Positions 1 through 10,697 of a stretch of DNA of 64,000 bases are shown here, piece after piece. Under the pieces are notes generated by a model, which was given only the letters and a program-made list of their open reading frames with translations, was not told the origin of the DNA and searched no databases. The stretch spans positions 42,176 through 106,175 of the forward strand of contig CAJVZD010000001.1 in NCBI GenBank assembly GCA_913019905.1, written 5' to 3'. The stretch is from an uncultured Cellvibrionales bacterium (lineage in GTDB: Bacteria; Pseudomonadota; Gammaproteobacteria; Pseudomonadales; Dasaniaceae). Numbering within the stretch: position 1 is the stretch's first letter; the number at the start of each line of letters is the position of its first letter. The translations under genes were made by a program, and so were the position numbers.

Positions 1-66
1 TCACGTTTGTTTAAAAAAGTCATTGGGATTTCGCCGAGTGAATACCGTCGAAATTTGAGAGGATAA
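1..66 (+). CDS. AraC/XylS-family transcriptional regulator, 3' end only (truncated by window)
   Basis: Frame +1 reads SRLFKKVIGISPSEYRRNLRG*, matching the AraC C-terminal HTH signature FxRxFKKxxGxSPxxYR. Not in the ORF track. Confidence 0.8.
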   Translation, partial: SRLFKKVIGISPSEYRRNLRG

Positions 67-316
67 TCCTCCAGTCGCTGGCGTATTCTATTTTAATTCG
101 TATTACTTGGTGCTTTTTTACCTTACGCGGATTGAAATCTAAACTGCTCGTATAATTACCACTCGAAACTCAGTGATTCGAAATTCTGATTTTTGAAGCC
201 TTCAAATCAATTTCTATCGGTAAGTTTATATCGGTAAGTTATAGAGACTTGCCCGACGGTTATTTTCAGTTCCCGCAGAACGGCTCCTGAGCAGCTATGT
301 TGTTATTACCACGAGA

Positions 317-354
317 TCAATCGCGCAGGCACCGGCGCGATTGAATTATTTTTT
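317..354 (+). terminator. Rho-independent terminator-like hairpin between convergent genes
   Basis: TCAATCGCGC-8nt-GCGCGATTGA followed by an A/T run. Confidence 0.6.
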
Positions 355-371
355 ATCGCACTGCTATTTTC

Positions 372-2240
372 TTAATTAGGCGGCCCTATATTCTCAAAGA
401 GAAACTTTTCAATCGCGGTTAGCTTAATAATTTCGTTGGCCTCGATAGTTCGAAAGTGTTCACCTTTGGGTAGCTCCACGTAGCTAACTTTTTTACCTAG
501 CTTTAACATTTTTTCGTGCAACTTTCTGGAATGCTTTACCGGTACGACGGTATCAAGTTCACTGCCGATCAATAATAATGGTGCCGTAATATTTTCCGCC
601 AAATGAAAAGGTGACGCTGCTTCGATCTCTTCGCCGCTATTCCACATTGCTCGATTAATCGTTCTATAAAGCATTTTCCGACTGCTGTTATTTAGCGCCA
701 CCAAATCATGCACGCCGTTGATACTCACTGCACAGCGATACAGGTCTGGGGTTTTCGCAACGCCAATCGCAGCGGCATACCCACCAAAACTAGAACCGAC
801 TATACATATTCGATTTGGATCGGCGATACCTTGCTCCACCAACCAATTTACGCCAGCGGTAATGTCATCCTGAATTGCGTATCCCCATTCGCCGTATCCC
901 GCCTTTTCATGCGCAGCTCCCAACCCAGTTGAGCCTCTAAATTGCGGTTGGAAAACCGCATAACCACGACTCGCAAAAAACTGTACATAGTTATCGAACC
1001 CCCAATTATCCCGAGCCCATGGTCCACCGTGTGGATAGATAACGACCGGTAGTTTTTCCTTCTCTGCGCCGTAAGGAATAGTCAAATATGCCGGTATCTC
1101 CAGATTATCTTTTGCCCTATAACTTACCGTTTCCATAACTGCCAGATCAGCGTCTTTCAAGGCGGGGTATTCAGCGCCGAGGTAATGTAAGTCAAAATCT
1201 TTGCCGTCTAACAGATAGTATTCCGGTGGTTTTTGGTCCGAATACACACGAAAAATGGCACGAGATAAATTTTTGTCAGAGGAAACGATTTTCACCTTCA
1301 TTCCGGGCAATGCTTTCTCGACCACCGTGACGGCTTTATCGCGTAAGCTATTCTCATAAGGCCCAAGCACTTTCCGCGTCGTTAAATCAAAACGGAACAA
1401 GGATAACTCGCCTTCGTCTTGTGTATCTAAATCTTCCAAATTGTTGCTGGAAACCAACACAATGTTGCGGTCTTCCTTGTCAAATCGATAGGGAGTCAAC
1501 CGGTTATTATCGAAATAATCAATTTTTTGAAGCACAGACCATGAACTTTTTTCGGTTTCCCGATAGAAAACCGTCACGTTTCTGCTACCACCTTTAGTGT
1601 CAGTTTTTCCACCAATTCTTATTTTTCCGTCAGGATCAGCTAACCAGAACTGTATTCCTTTGCGGTTTTTTAATACTCGCTTCTTTTTCCCTGTGTTGAT
1701 GTCCACGAGATCAACTTCGGGTGTTGAGATGCCCGATTTGGAATCGTCCAGAGCAGCCAAAATGTGATTAGAATCCTTTTCCAGCAAACTGACAATATTT
1801 GCATGTTGCCGATAGAAGCCTTGATAATTTGCCTTCATTTTGAACATAATCCCGTCTTTTCCGTCGCGGCCGATGCTTCCCAGGCGACCAAAATTCCATA
1901 AGCTTCCCTGGATTGGAAAAGTCGTACGCATATTAAAAACCAGACGATCATCATTACCCCATTTGTACCAATTGAAAAAAGCATCGCCCGACCGAATAGG
2001 CACCGCTTTCTCCTTTGGCTCACTTGCGGTGTCCGGGGTATTGAGCTTTTGAACAATCAACAACGGCTCTCCTTTGTAGGTCATCGTCACCGCTATTCGT
2101 TTACCATTAGGGGACAAAACAGGCTGGGAAAACTTAGGTAGAGCCGCAAAATGTTCAAGCGGTATATTGCTGCCAAACACACTTCCGATCACCAAAAGCA
2201 GTAAACCGAGTGTTGCACTGAACTGTGAGCCAATCTTCAT
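372..2240 (-). CDS. Secreted S9 family prolyl oligopeptidase / dipeptidyl aminopeptidase
   Basis: Signal peptide, beta-propeller-like N-terminus (LSPNG), HGGP, QFRGSTGLG, nucleophile GSSFGG, candidate Asp (LDTVV) and His (GEHF). Confidence 0.9.
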   Translation of the reverse strand: MKIGSQFSATLGLLLLVIGSVFGSNIPLEHFAALPKFSQPVLSPNGKRIAVTMTYKGEPLLIVQKLNTPDTASEPKEKAVPIRSGDAFFNWYKWGNDDRLVFNMRTTFPIQGSLWNFGRLGSIGRDGKDGIMFKMKANYQGFYRQHANIVSLLEKDSNHILAALDDSKSGISTPEVDLVDINTGKKKRVLKNRKGIQFWLADPDGKIRIGGKTDTKGGSRNVTVFYRETEKSSWSVLQKIDYFDNNRLTPYRFDKEDRNIVLVSSNNLEDLDTQDEGELSLFRFDLTTRKVLGPYENSLRDKAVTVVEKALPGMKVKIVSSDKNLSRAIFRVYSDQKPPEYYLLDGKDFDLHYLGAEYPALKDADLAVMETVSYRAKDNLEIPAYLTIPYGAEKEKLPVVIYPHGGPWARDNWGFDNYVQFFASRGYAVFQPQFRGSTGLGAAHEKAGYGEWGYAIQDDITAGVNWLVEQGIADPNRICIVGSSFGGYAAAIGVAKTPDLYRCAVSINGVHDLVALNNSSRKMLYRTINRAMWNSGEEIEAASPFHLAENITAPLLLIGSELDTVVPVKHSRKLHEKMLKLGKKVSYVELPKGEHFRTIEANEIIKLTAIEKFLFENIGPPN

Positions 2241-3038
2241 AGTTTCTTATCCCTGAATGATATTTTTTAGTTTTTATTGACGGTAATTATCCTGCAACGT
2301 ATTCATGCTGATAGACAGAAAAATTTCCTTAAGCCGACAAACGATGATGAAATGGAAAATCACACCCAGCCTGTCGGTATTCAATTTTTATTTTCGATGG
2401 CTATTTTCGATGCTAGAAACCGATTTTGAATCCCAATATCCCTTTGTCAATTCTCCCTTCATAAATCGCGGTGAATGATAGATCTATGGGGAATTTTATC
2501 AACGAGCCATTTAGCCTAGGTCAATTGACCTATAACTAATGGCTAGTCGATATGCCATCAACATTCTGTTAGCCCGTCTACATGATATTTGTCGGAGGCG
2601 GATTGAAATGACTTTTTGTGCACTAACAACGTACCGAACATCAATTACAAACATAACACACGATACAGATGGGTCGATACCAAATGGCAGTCTTCATCTT
2701 CTATTTCGCAGTTACCGCTTAAACTCCAACCGAGGGTTTTTTTCCGATAGAGCCGTAGTGCTCTATAGCGCCCGGAAATTTGGCTGATGATAACTTTGTT
2801 TCCGGTACTGTTATTTTTGCTTGGGGATAGCAATAATAGACATTGATCTGCGACCGCCAGCAAAAAATTAAAATGAATTCCTTGCAGTAAAGATGATATT
2901 GTTCCCGAACATATCGATGCGCGGAAAAGTAGCTTTTCGTTGCGGTAAGTAGGAATCAGTACTCAATATTTCGCAGCACTGGAACGATACCGCTGCAGTG
3001 CAAAAATCTTAAAAATATAAAGAGAGGTATAATAGATC

Positions 3039-3953
3039 ATGGGCGTATTAGACGGAAAAGTAGTAGCGGTAACAGGCGCGGGCCGAGGTATTGGTAGGGA
3101 GATCGCTCTGGCCGCCGCGAAAGAAGGTGCTTGCGTCGTCGTTAATGACTTCGGCACAGCAGCCGATGGAGAAGGCGAAAAAAGCGATACACCCGCTGCA
3201 GAAGTCGTCAGAGAAATCGAGGGCGCCGGCGGCAAGGCGCTCGCTAATTTCGCCTCTGTTGCAGATCCGGCTGGGGCAACGTCGATCATTGAAGACGCCG
3301 TCGCACATTTTGGGCAGATCGACGCGGTGGTGAATAACGCCGGTTTTTTACGCGATCGTATCTGGCACAAAATGAGCGCTATCGACTGGCAACAGGTCAT
3401 CGATGTCCATCTCAACGGCGCTTTTCACGTCTCCAAGGCAGCCACGCCGTATTTCAAGGAACAGGGGTCGGGCAGCTTTGTCCAGTTCACCTCCACCTCT
3501 GGACTAATCGGCAACTTCGGTCAGGCCAACTATTCCGCAGCCAAGCTCGGCATTGTTGGGTTATCCCAGTCAATCGCGCTAGATATGGAACGCTTCGGTG
3601 TGCGCTCGAATTGTGTCGCGCCCTTCGCTTGGAGCAGAATGACGGCCTCGATCCCAACCGATACCGAGGCGCAGCGGGACCGCGTGGAAAAATTAAAAAC
3701 GATGAGCGCGGCCAAGGTCGCACCGCTGGTTGTCTTTCTTGCGTCGGACCTTTCTAAAGAGGTGAACAACCAGATTCTATCTGTGCGTAAAAACGAGATT
3801 TTTCTGTTCTCAAAACCGCGTCCGATCCGCTCCATGCACCGTTCGGAGGGTTGGACCCCTGAGACCATCGCCAGCGATCTGGTACCCGCTCTAAAATCTG
3901 ATTTCTACGGACTCGATCGCAGCCCGGACATCATCGGCTGGGACCCAATTTAA
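3039..3953 (+). CDS. Short-chain dehydrogenase/reductase (MFE-2/3-hydroxyacyl-CoA dehydrogenase-like)
   Basis: TGAGRGIG, VVVNDFG, NNAG, GNFGQANYSAAK (YxxxK). Confidence 0.9.
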   Translation: MGVLDGKVVAVTGAGRGIGREIALAAAKEGACVVVNDFGTAADGEGEKSDTPAAEVVREIEGAGGKALANFASVADPAGATSIIEDAVAHFGQIDAVVNNAGFLRDRIWHKMSAIDWQQVIDVHLNGAFHVSKAATPYFKEQGSGSFVQFTSTSGLIGNFGQANYSAAKLGIVGLSQSIALDMERFGVRSNCVAPFAWSRMTASIPTDTEAQRDRVEKLKTMSAAKVAPLVVFLASDLSKEVNNQILSVRKNEIFLFSKPRPIRSMHRSEGWTPETIASDLVPALKSDFYGLDRSPDIIGWDPI

Positions 3954-4006
3954 GAAAAATGATCGACGTCTGTTAGCATAGCGGGGCATGTAGGAACGAT
4001 AGCTAT

Positions 4007-4030
4007 TACGCCGGTTTACCCCGGCGTATT
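4007..4030. terminator. Hairpin between convergent SDR and pck, possible terminator
   Basis: TACGCCGG-TTTACC-CCGGCGTA; weak T tract. Confidence 0.4.
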
Positions 4031-4117
4031 ACAATTTTGTGCAGCTAAGTTGCCGATGTGGCGTTGAAAACAGGGAGACATTCTCTCAGCGCGAACACTC
4101 TCTACTACTGCTTACGA

Positions 4118-5971
4118 TTAATAACGACTCAACAATAAGTCACGTTGCCACAGTAGTTCTTTGGGCATGTGATCCCACAGCTTCAGGAATAATTCCTGAT
4201 GGCCCAAGGCCTGAGATTTCAGTGCTTCACCATCCACTTTCATCAATTCAGTCCAATCGTCTTCAGTGAAATCTAAGCCGTCCCAATCGAGATCTTTATA
4301 GCTAGGCATCCACCCGATCGGCGTCTCCTTTGCCTGAGCTAAACCATTAACCCGCTCAACAATCCATTTTAGAACCCTCGCGTTTTCGCCAAAGCCGGGC
4401 CACAAAAACTTGCCCTGTTCATCTTTACGGAACCAGTTAACATGGAAAATGCGGGGTGGCTCATTGATGACTTTACCCATGTTCAACCAATGACGGAAGT
4501 AATCGCCCATGTGGTAGCCACAAAAGGGCAGCATCGCAAACGGGTCTTGACGCATACTGCCCACTTTACCTTCGGCAGCCGCCGTTTGCTCAGAGCCCAC
4601 CGTAGCTCCCATATAAACGCCGTGCTGCCAATTGAAGCTTTGGTAAACTAAGGGAATCGTCGTCATGCGGCGGCCACCGAAAATCATGGCACCCACTTCA
4701 ACGCCTTCAGGGTTTTCCCAATCTGGATCGATCACTGGGCAATTTCTGGCGGGTGCAGTAAATCTTGCGTTAGGATGGGAAGACGGGGTTTCGCTCTCCG
4801 GCGTCCAGTCCTTGCCTTTCCAATCGATCAAATGTGCTGGCGCTTGCCGCGTCATACCTTCCCACCAAATATCGCCTTCATCGGTTAGTGCCACGTTTGT
4901 GAAGATCGTATCGCTGGCGCAGGATTCCATCGCCATGGGGTTAGTGTCCATACCTGTTCCCGGCGCGACACCAAAGAATCCAGCCTCTGGATTTATGGCA
5001 CGTAATTTACCGTTGGCATCGGGTTTGATCCAGGCGATGTCATCGCCGATACAAGAAATTTCCCAACCCTGCTTTTGCAAAGCAGGTGGTGGAATCAGCA
5101 TCGCAAAATTGGTTTTGCCACAGGCGCTAGGAAAAGCTGCGGTGACATAGGTCTTCTTTCCTGAAGGGTCTTTCACGCCCAACACTAGCATGTGTTCAGC
5201 TAACCAACCCTCGTCACGGGCAATGGTACTGGCGATACGCAAAGCAAAACATTTTTTACCCAGCAGCGCATTACCGCCATAACCCGAGCCAAAACTAAGA
5301 ATGGTTTTTTCTTCAGGGAAATGCGCAATATAGGTGTTTTCTGGATTACAGGGCCAGCTAACATCGTCCTGTTCCGACAGTATGGGCTGGCCTACAGAGT
5401 GCACACAGCGTACATAATCAGTGCTATCGCCTAACACCTCTAAAACCTTTGGCGATACCCTGGCCATAATCCGCATATTAACGACTGCATAAGGGGAATC
5501 GGTAATTTGAATTCCGGTCTTACCGATGGGTGAACCGATGGGTCCCATGCTGAAGGGAATAACATACAGAGTACGGCCACGCATTGCACCTTCCGACAAG
5601 CCATTCATCTTCTGCTTCATTTCTTCCGGAGCCATCCAGTTGTTGGTCGGGCCCGCATCTGCTTCGGCAACAGAACAGATAAAAGTGCGGCTTTCAACGC
5701 GAGCAACGTCGCGTGGATCAGAGCGAAACAAATGGCTGTTGGGGCGCAAATCTTCGTTGAGTTTTACACAGTCACCGCGACTAACCATCATCTCCATCAT
5801 GGCGGCAGCCTCTTCTTCGGAGCCGTCGACCCAGTGCACACGATCCGGTTGCAGCAAAGTCACCATACGCTCAATCCAGCGGATAATGTCCTTGTTAGAT
5901 GTCGGTGACTTTTCACGCAAAGGATAATCGCATTGAGGAGCAATTGTTGTGTGTTCTGTGGCGGAATTCAT
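4118..5971 (-). CDS. pckG: Phosphoenolpyruvate carboxykinase (GTP)
   Basis: [57 protein letters not shown]. Confidence 0.97.
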   Translation of the reverse strand: MNSATEHTTIAPQCDYPLREKSPTSNKDIIRWIERMVTLLQPDRVHWVDGSEEEAAAMMEMMVSRGDCVKLNEDLRPNSHLFRSDPRDVARVESRTFICSVAEADAGPTNNWMAPEEMKQKMNGLSEGAMRGRTLYVIPFSMGPIGSPIGKTGIQITDSPYAVVNMRIMARVSPKVLEVLGDSTDYVRCVHSVGQPILSEQDDVSWPCNPENTYIAHFPEEKTILSFGSGYGGNALLGKKCFALRIASTIARDEGWLAEHMLVLGVKDPSGKKTYVTAAFPSACGKTNFAMLIPPPALQKQGWEISCIGDDIAWIKPDANGKLRAINPEAGFFGVAPGTGMDTNPMAMESCASDTIFTNVALTDEGDIWWEGMTRQAPAHLIDWKGKDWTPESETPSSHPNARFTAPARNCPVIDPDWENPEGVEVGAMIFGGRRMTTIPLVYQSFNWQHGVYMGATVGSEQTAAAEGKVGSMRQDPFAMLPFCGYHMGDYFRHWLNMGKVINEPPRIFHVNWFRKDEQGKFLWPGFGENARVLKWIVERVNGLAQAKETPIGWMPSYKDLDWDGLDFTEDDWTELMKVDGEALKSQALGHQELFLKLWDHMPKELLWQRDLLLSRY

Positions 5972-6447
5972 ATTGGCATTACCTATTGCAAATTTTATTA
6001 AGAATAGCTGGCTTTAAAGGGGCACGTGAAGGGCGTCGTCAACGTTACAGATAAATTCACTGTTACGTCGCCGCGAGCGCAAACAACATCGCGTCCCTGA
6101 CGATTTGATCATATTTCTATAAATCAATCGCTTGTCCAAGGTGCAAGGTGTACTCTTCGACTACCTGTTCACCCATGTTAGGCACTATCGCATGGATCTT
6201 TCATTTGTTAGCCAAGGTCGTTAAATTAGTGGATCTCACCAGCTTGAAAATGACGAGTGCAGAATATCTACTCTAAATGCATCGGCGAGCGATTGTTATA
6301 CCCTGAAATAACCCCTGTAAACCCTTGTGCCGAATATGATAACACCGGCGAGAATTATTTTCCCGGTCACGTTTCTTAATGCTAGAGTTTCAGTAGTGAG
6401 CCTAAAGTGTCAGCCAAATAATAGTGCCTACATGTAATAACGATTCC

Positions 6448-6489
6448 TTGACTTGAAAAAAAATAGGTCTACCATTGCCATATTATGAC
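6448..6489 (+). promoter_or_regulatory. Predicted sigma70 promoter of the speD operon with adjacent palindromic operator
   Basis: TTGACT (6448) - 16 nt - TACCAT (6470), immediately followed by GCCATATTATGAC (6477-6489), a near copy of the palindromes at 10628 and 10658. Confidence 0.5.
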
Positions 6490-6555
6490 CAAACTTAACT
6501 TTACCTCCATTGTTTTCGACATACACGATCGCCATTTTCCCAAAGGAAAGCAGGA

Positions 6556-6963
6556 ATGATTCTGGGCCAACATCTACTGATTGAATGCCAGGGCCAGCAC
6601 GCACTACTGGACAGCAGCGAGCTGAAGGAATTAATGGTTCGTGCGGCAGAGGCGGCAAACGCAACCGTCTTGTATGATTACTTTCATCAATTTGGGGGAC
6701 ACGGTGGTATAACTGGGGTTCTTGTTCTCGCCGAATCTCATATTTCGGTCCATACCTGGCCAGAAAGCTCCTATGCTGCATTCGACATATTTATGTGCGG
6801 CGACGCCAAACCGTTCGATGCCGCCAGCGTATTAGCGGACGCCTTTCCGGAAGCCGAAGTTTACATCAGGTCCGTGGACCGAGGTCATCCGAAAGATGTC
6901 AGCGGCAATAAAGAGCAGCTATACCCGAACACCTTGAATCAAACTGAAAGAATGACTAATTAG
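6556..6963 (+). CDS. speD: S-adenosylmethionine decarboxylase proenzyme (short class 1B)
   Basis: GQHLLIE, GITGVLVLAESHISVHTWPE (E|S self-cleavage site), DIFMCG. Confidence 0.95.
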   Translation: MILGQHLLIECQGQHALLDSSELKELMVRAAEAANATVLYDYFHQFGGHGGITGVLVLAESHISVHTWPESSYAAFDIFMCGDAKPFDAASVLADAFPEAEVYIRSVDRGHPKDVSGNKEQLYPNTLNQTERMTN

Positions 6964-7011
6964 TCACGCCATCTAATCACAGTATCTACACATAATTAAT
7001 AGGGAGCGGAA

Positions 7012-7986
7012 ATGGATATAGCAAAATTTGTAATTATCCTATTGGTAAGTCAGGGACTATTTTTGACGGGTTGTACTTCCGATGAGGAAAAGTGGGCAAA
7101 GCAGTTACAACAACAGGCATTGCTGGCTGAGAAAGATGTGAGCCGATTAAAGAAGCATATCGATTCCGATTTTATCCCAAACACCGGAATCCTAAAGGAA
7201 TATGCTTCTTATATTCGAACGAATAAACCCAAGGCAGCCAGTCTGGCTCGCGCACTTTCAAAAGATGCGAGCTCAAATGGTCCGATTGTCATGAGTTTGG
7301 AGACGCGACTTGCCGACGCCCAGACAGATATCATGGAAGTTACCGCAATGGGCGAAGAACAGGTTAACAACGTTTACCAGGAGATGCTGGCGATACAAGA
7401 AGCGGCCAAACCGGATATCTACGGCATGATCCTAAGCGATCCAATTAACGTTCTAGCCGATATGTCGGAAGGAAAACTAGCGCGGGTCGCCGCTATGAGC
7501 AAAGAAGCAAGTTCGAGAATTAACCAAGCTGATGATTTTGGTGCAGGCAGTCAGCTAGTCGGTAACCCACAGTACGGAAACTGGAGAGAAAACAGTTCGG
7601 GACAATCATTCTGGCACTGGTACGGTCAATACGCTTTTTTCTCGTCGATGTTTGGCCGTCCAATCTATTACAATCGTTGGGCCGGCGGACGGGACTATAG
7701 TTATTATCACGACTACGGTCGATCGGCCTATACATCCCCCTCCCAACGTCGCAGCCAACAAACTGTAGAACGCAATACAAGTAACAAATTTAAAAGCACC
7801 GGTCGGTCGTTCAAGAGCCCGTATGCCCAAACAAAACAAACCAGTGCAGCCGTAGCAAAAAGACAAACAAAATTTAGCGCCAGACCCAAACCAAAACTGG
7901 CTTCAAAATCCACATCGAAATCGACAACGTCGAGCTATCGTAATTCTAGTTACCAATCCTCTCGCAGTTCGTTTGGCGGCAAATAA
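7012..7986 (+). CDS. Hypothetical lipoprotein with aromatic and Ser/Lys/Arg-rich low-complexity C-terminal tail
   Basis: Lipobox LTGC (Cys21), RBS GGGAG, helical N-terminal half, LVGNPQYGNW/FWHWYGQYAF segment, tail ending SSRSSFGGK. Confidence 0.8.
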   Translation: MDIAKFVIILLVSQGLFLTGCTSDEEKWAKQLQQQALLAEKDVSRLKKHIDSDFIPNTGILKEYASYIRTNKPKAASLARALSKDASSNGPIVMSLETRLADAQTDIMEVTAMGEEQVNNVYQEMLAIQEAAKPDIYGMILSDPINVLADMSEGKLARVAAMSKEASSRINQADDFGAGSQLVGNPQYGNWRENSSGQSFWHWYGQYAFFSSMFGRPIYYNRWAGGRDYSYYHDYGRSAYTSPSQRRSQQTVERNTSNKFKSTGRSFKSPYAQTKQTSAAVAKRQTKFSARPKPKLASKSTSKSTTSSYRNSSYQSSRSSFGGK

Positions 7987-8001
7987 TAGGGAATAACTAT
8001 A

Positions 8002-8889
8002 ATGATTAACGAATTTTCAGTTTGGATGATTATCATAATCGTCATCAATTTAAGTATCGCCGTTGCCGCCATCAGTATGTTTCGTTTTCTGCTGGGTATG
8101 TTGGCAGGAGTCAACACAACCAATGAACTGTCTCAAAAAGATAACTATGCGTTCGGAGTCGTTTTTGCGGGTGGTGCTGGCGCTATTGCCTTAATTCTCG
8201 CGGCTGCCGTAGGCGGAGAAGCCGAGGTAGAATTTTTTGTTGAAGCCATTAATGTGATGACTTACGCCGTCGCTGGTATTGCTCTTCTAAAAATAGGATC
8301 AATTGTTAACGACGTAGTCATGTTCCACCAAATCTCTCTTAAAAAGGCCATATCTGAACACAATATTAGTGCCGGCATCGTCCAAGCATCTAATTTGGTC
8401 GCCTTGGGACTGCTACTAAACTCCGCGATTAACTGGGTCGAATCCGAAAACTGGGAAGGGATACTGCCCGTGTTGCTGGTTTTCGCGACGTCTCAAATAA
8501 TACTGTTAGTCGTGACCCGTCTGCGAGCGTTTATATACAGTCGACGCCATCCCGGCGAAAACCTGCAAACAGCGATTGTCGACGGCAACCCAGCGTTGGC
8601 CATTCGATTTGCCGGTCACGTATTTGGTACAACGTTGGCAGTAGGAGCGGCGGGGCATTTAGTCGAATACATTCATGCTGATCCAGCTATGTCGGCGGTC
8701 GCATGGGGCTCAGTTGCGCTCGTGTTAGCACTGGTATTATCCGGGCTTTCTTTTATCGCTCGAAAAGCTATTCTGGCAAAAATAGATGTCGTGGAAGAAG
8801 TAGACAACCAGCAAAACGTCGGCATCGCGTTTATCGAAGCCGCTATATTTATATCGATAGGCCTGTTGTTAGACAGCGTTCTCGCATAG
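8002..8889 (+). CDS. DUF350 (YjfL-like) membrane protein, apparently tandem domains
   Basis: Many TM segments with repeated ELSQKDNYAFG / AISEHNISAG / AIVDGNPALA / EVDNQQNVGIA motifs typical of DUF350. Confidence 0.8.
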   Translation: MINEFSVWMIIIIVINLSIAVAAISMFRFLLGMLAGVNTTNELSQKDNYAFGVVFAGGAGAIALILAAAVGGEAEVEFFVEAINVMTYAVAGIALLKIGSIVNDVVMFHQISLKKAISEHNISAGIVQASNLVALGLLLNSAINWVESENWEGILPVLLVFATSQIILLVVTRLRAFIYSRRHPGENLQTAIVDGNPALAIRFAGHVFGTTLAVGAAGHLVEYIHADPAMSAVAWGSVALVLALVLSGLSFIARKAILAKIDVVEEVDNQQNVGIAFIEAAIFISIGLLLDSVLA

Positions 8890-8898
8890 CCCAGGAAT

Positions 8899-10656
8899 AT
8901 GGAGATAACAGCGGTATATTCTCGCCGACAATTGCTCGTACACGACGTATTCCTCATTGTCGTTATGGGTACGTTGGCAGCGTGTGGAATAATTTACGAG
9001 TATTTAATGGCACATTTCGCCGGACGTGTGCTGGGCGCGTTCGAGTGGACCATCTACGCCATGATCGGCATTATGATTGTGTCTATGGGTATCGGCGCTT
9101 TTCTGGCCAAATGGGTGCGCTGCCCTTTTAACGGCTTTGTCTGGCTGGAATGGGCTATCGGTTTAGTCGGGGCAACGTCTCTTATTTTCATATCGCTCAG
9201 CGTCTCACTGAGTTATACCATTCCAAGCTATTTACAAGAAATATACGGACTGCATCAGACCATTACCACCGATGGCGATTTCATTAGAGGTTTGACCCAA
9301 CTCAGCAAGCTTATGCCCTTCGTTGCCGGAGCAATTCTGGGATTGATGATTGGCATGGAGATACCCTTGATAGCGCGAATACGGGAGTATATTCATGGCC
9401 AACATCTGGAACATAACGTCGGTACAATTTATGGTGCGGACTACATCGGGGCTGGTATCGGCGCAGCCATCTGGGTATTAGTCTGTTTAAAACTGCCCAT
9501 CGTGTACGCCGCAGTGGGTACGGCATTGATAAACGCGCTGATCGGCGTGTCTTTTATTACCTATTACCGTGAACACCTCAACGGCTTAGTTAAGCTGTGG
9601 ATTGCCCACCTTGCACTATTGATTCTAATCGGAAGCTTAGCCGCCGGTGGCGCTGCATGGTTGGAGAACATGCAAAGTACTTTGTTCAAAGACCAAGTGG
9701 TTCATACAAAGATCACCCCCTATCAACATCTAACTATTACCCAGAGACTTGTCGGTAAAGGGCTTCCAAAGATTACCAGTTTGTATATTAACGGGCGATT
9801 GCAATTCTCCAGCAACGACGAAGTGATTTATCACAGCTATCTCACCTATCCAGCCCTGCTCGCCTCTGCCAGACAGAACGACGTTCTTATCATAGGTGGC
9901 GGTGACGGCTTGGCTCTGCGTGAAGTTCTACAGTGGGATGCTAAGACCGTTACTCTAATTGATCTTGATAAAGACATGATAGATTTGTTCAGCGGTAAGG
10001 ATCAAAGCGCACCGGCTTCTCTCAATCAACTCCTTCTTGATCTCAATGAACATGCCTTCGACGACCCCCGAGTACAACTTATAATCGGCGATGCTTTTGT
10101 TGAGATTGAAAAGCTACTTAGCAAAAATAGGCGCTTCGACAGCATTATTGTCGATCTTCCGGACCCCAGTCACCCGGACATCAATAAAGTCTATAGCGAC
10201 TTTTTCTATGCGCGCCTAAAAGAATTACTTAACGGAGACGGCGCAATCGCCATTCAGTCAACGTCACCTTTCCACACGAAAGAGGCTTTCTTGTCGATCG
10301 GAAAAACATTGCGCGCTGCGGGTTTTACCACGGAGCAATATCACGCGAACGTTCCAACTTTTGGTGAGTGGGGTTGGACTATCGGCACCGTGATGGGACA
10401 ATCTGCAACCGCTCGTATTGCCGGAAATACAGCGCCACCGGTGTTATCGTCCTGGTTATCAAAAGAACAAATTCTCGCCTCGTTTATCTTTTCGCCGGCG
10501 TTTTTTAACGGCGTAGACACCATCAAAATTAATACCCTGGGCTCCCACACGTTACATCGCTACCATCAAGAAGCATGGCGGCAACGTGAAGGAGTATTCT
10601 TTGCAAGCAAAAAAACTGTTGCCAAAAGCCATAATATGGAATACATTAACAACTGA
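8899..10656 (+). CDS. speE: Polyamine aminopropyltransferase (spermidine synthase-like) with N-terminal multi-TM domain
   Basis: About 7 TM N-terminus (CGIIYE, GMEIPL, ADYIG), TPYQ, LYINGRLQFSS, IIGGGDGLALREV, IIVDLPDP, VPTFGEWG. Confidence 0.9.
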   Translation: MEITAVYSRRQLLVHDVFLIVVMGTLAACGIIYEYLMAHFAGRVLGAFEWTIYAMIGIMIVSMGIGAFLAKWVRCPFNGFVWLEWAIGLVGATSLIFISLSVSLSYTIPSYLQEIYGLHQTITTDGDFIRGLTQLSKLMPFVAGAILGLMIGMEIPLIARIREYIHGQHLEHNVGTIYGADYIGAGIGAAIWVLVCLKLPIVYAAVGTALINALIGVSFITYYREHLNGLVKLWIAHLALLILIGSLAAGGAAWLENMQSTLFKDQVVHTKITPYQHLTITQRLVGKGLPKITSLYINGRLQFSSNDEVIYHSYLTYPALLASARQNDVLIIGGGDGLALREVLQWDAKTVTLIDLDKDMIDLFSGKDQSAPASLNQLLLDLNEHAFDDPRVQLIIGDAFVEIEKLLSKNRRFDSIIVDLPDPSHPDINKVYSDFFYARLKELLNGDGAIAIQSTSPFHTKEAFLSIGKTLRAAGFTTEQYHANVPTFGEWGWTIGTVMGQSATARIAGNTAPPVLSSWLSKEQILASFIFSPAFFNGVDTIKINTLGSHTLHRYHQEAWRQREGVFFASKKTVAKSHNMEYINN

Positions 10657-10670
10657 AGCCATATTATGGC
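10619..10670 (+). promoter_or_regulatory. Predicted internal sigma70 promoter for DUF2170-pspA with two palindromic operators
   Basis: TTGCCA (10619) - 17 nt - TACATT (10642); GCCATAATATGGA at 10628-10640 in the spacer and GCCATATTATGGC at 10658-10670. Confidence 0.6.
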
Positions 10671-10697
10671 AAAAATGGCATCTACAAGGAGCATTGT

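Noticed and set aside
4118-5971. GTP-type rather than ATP-type PEPCK as a sign of novelty
   Set aside because: GTP-dependent PEPCK occurs in several gammaproteobacterial lineages.
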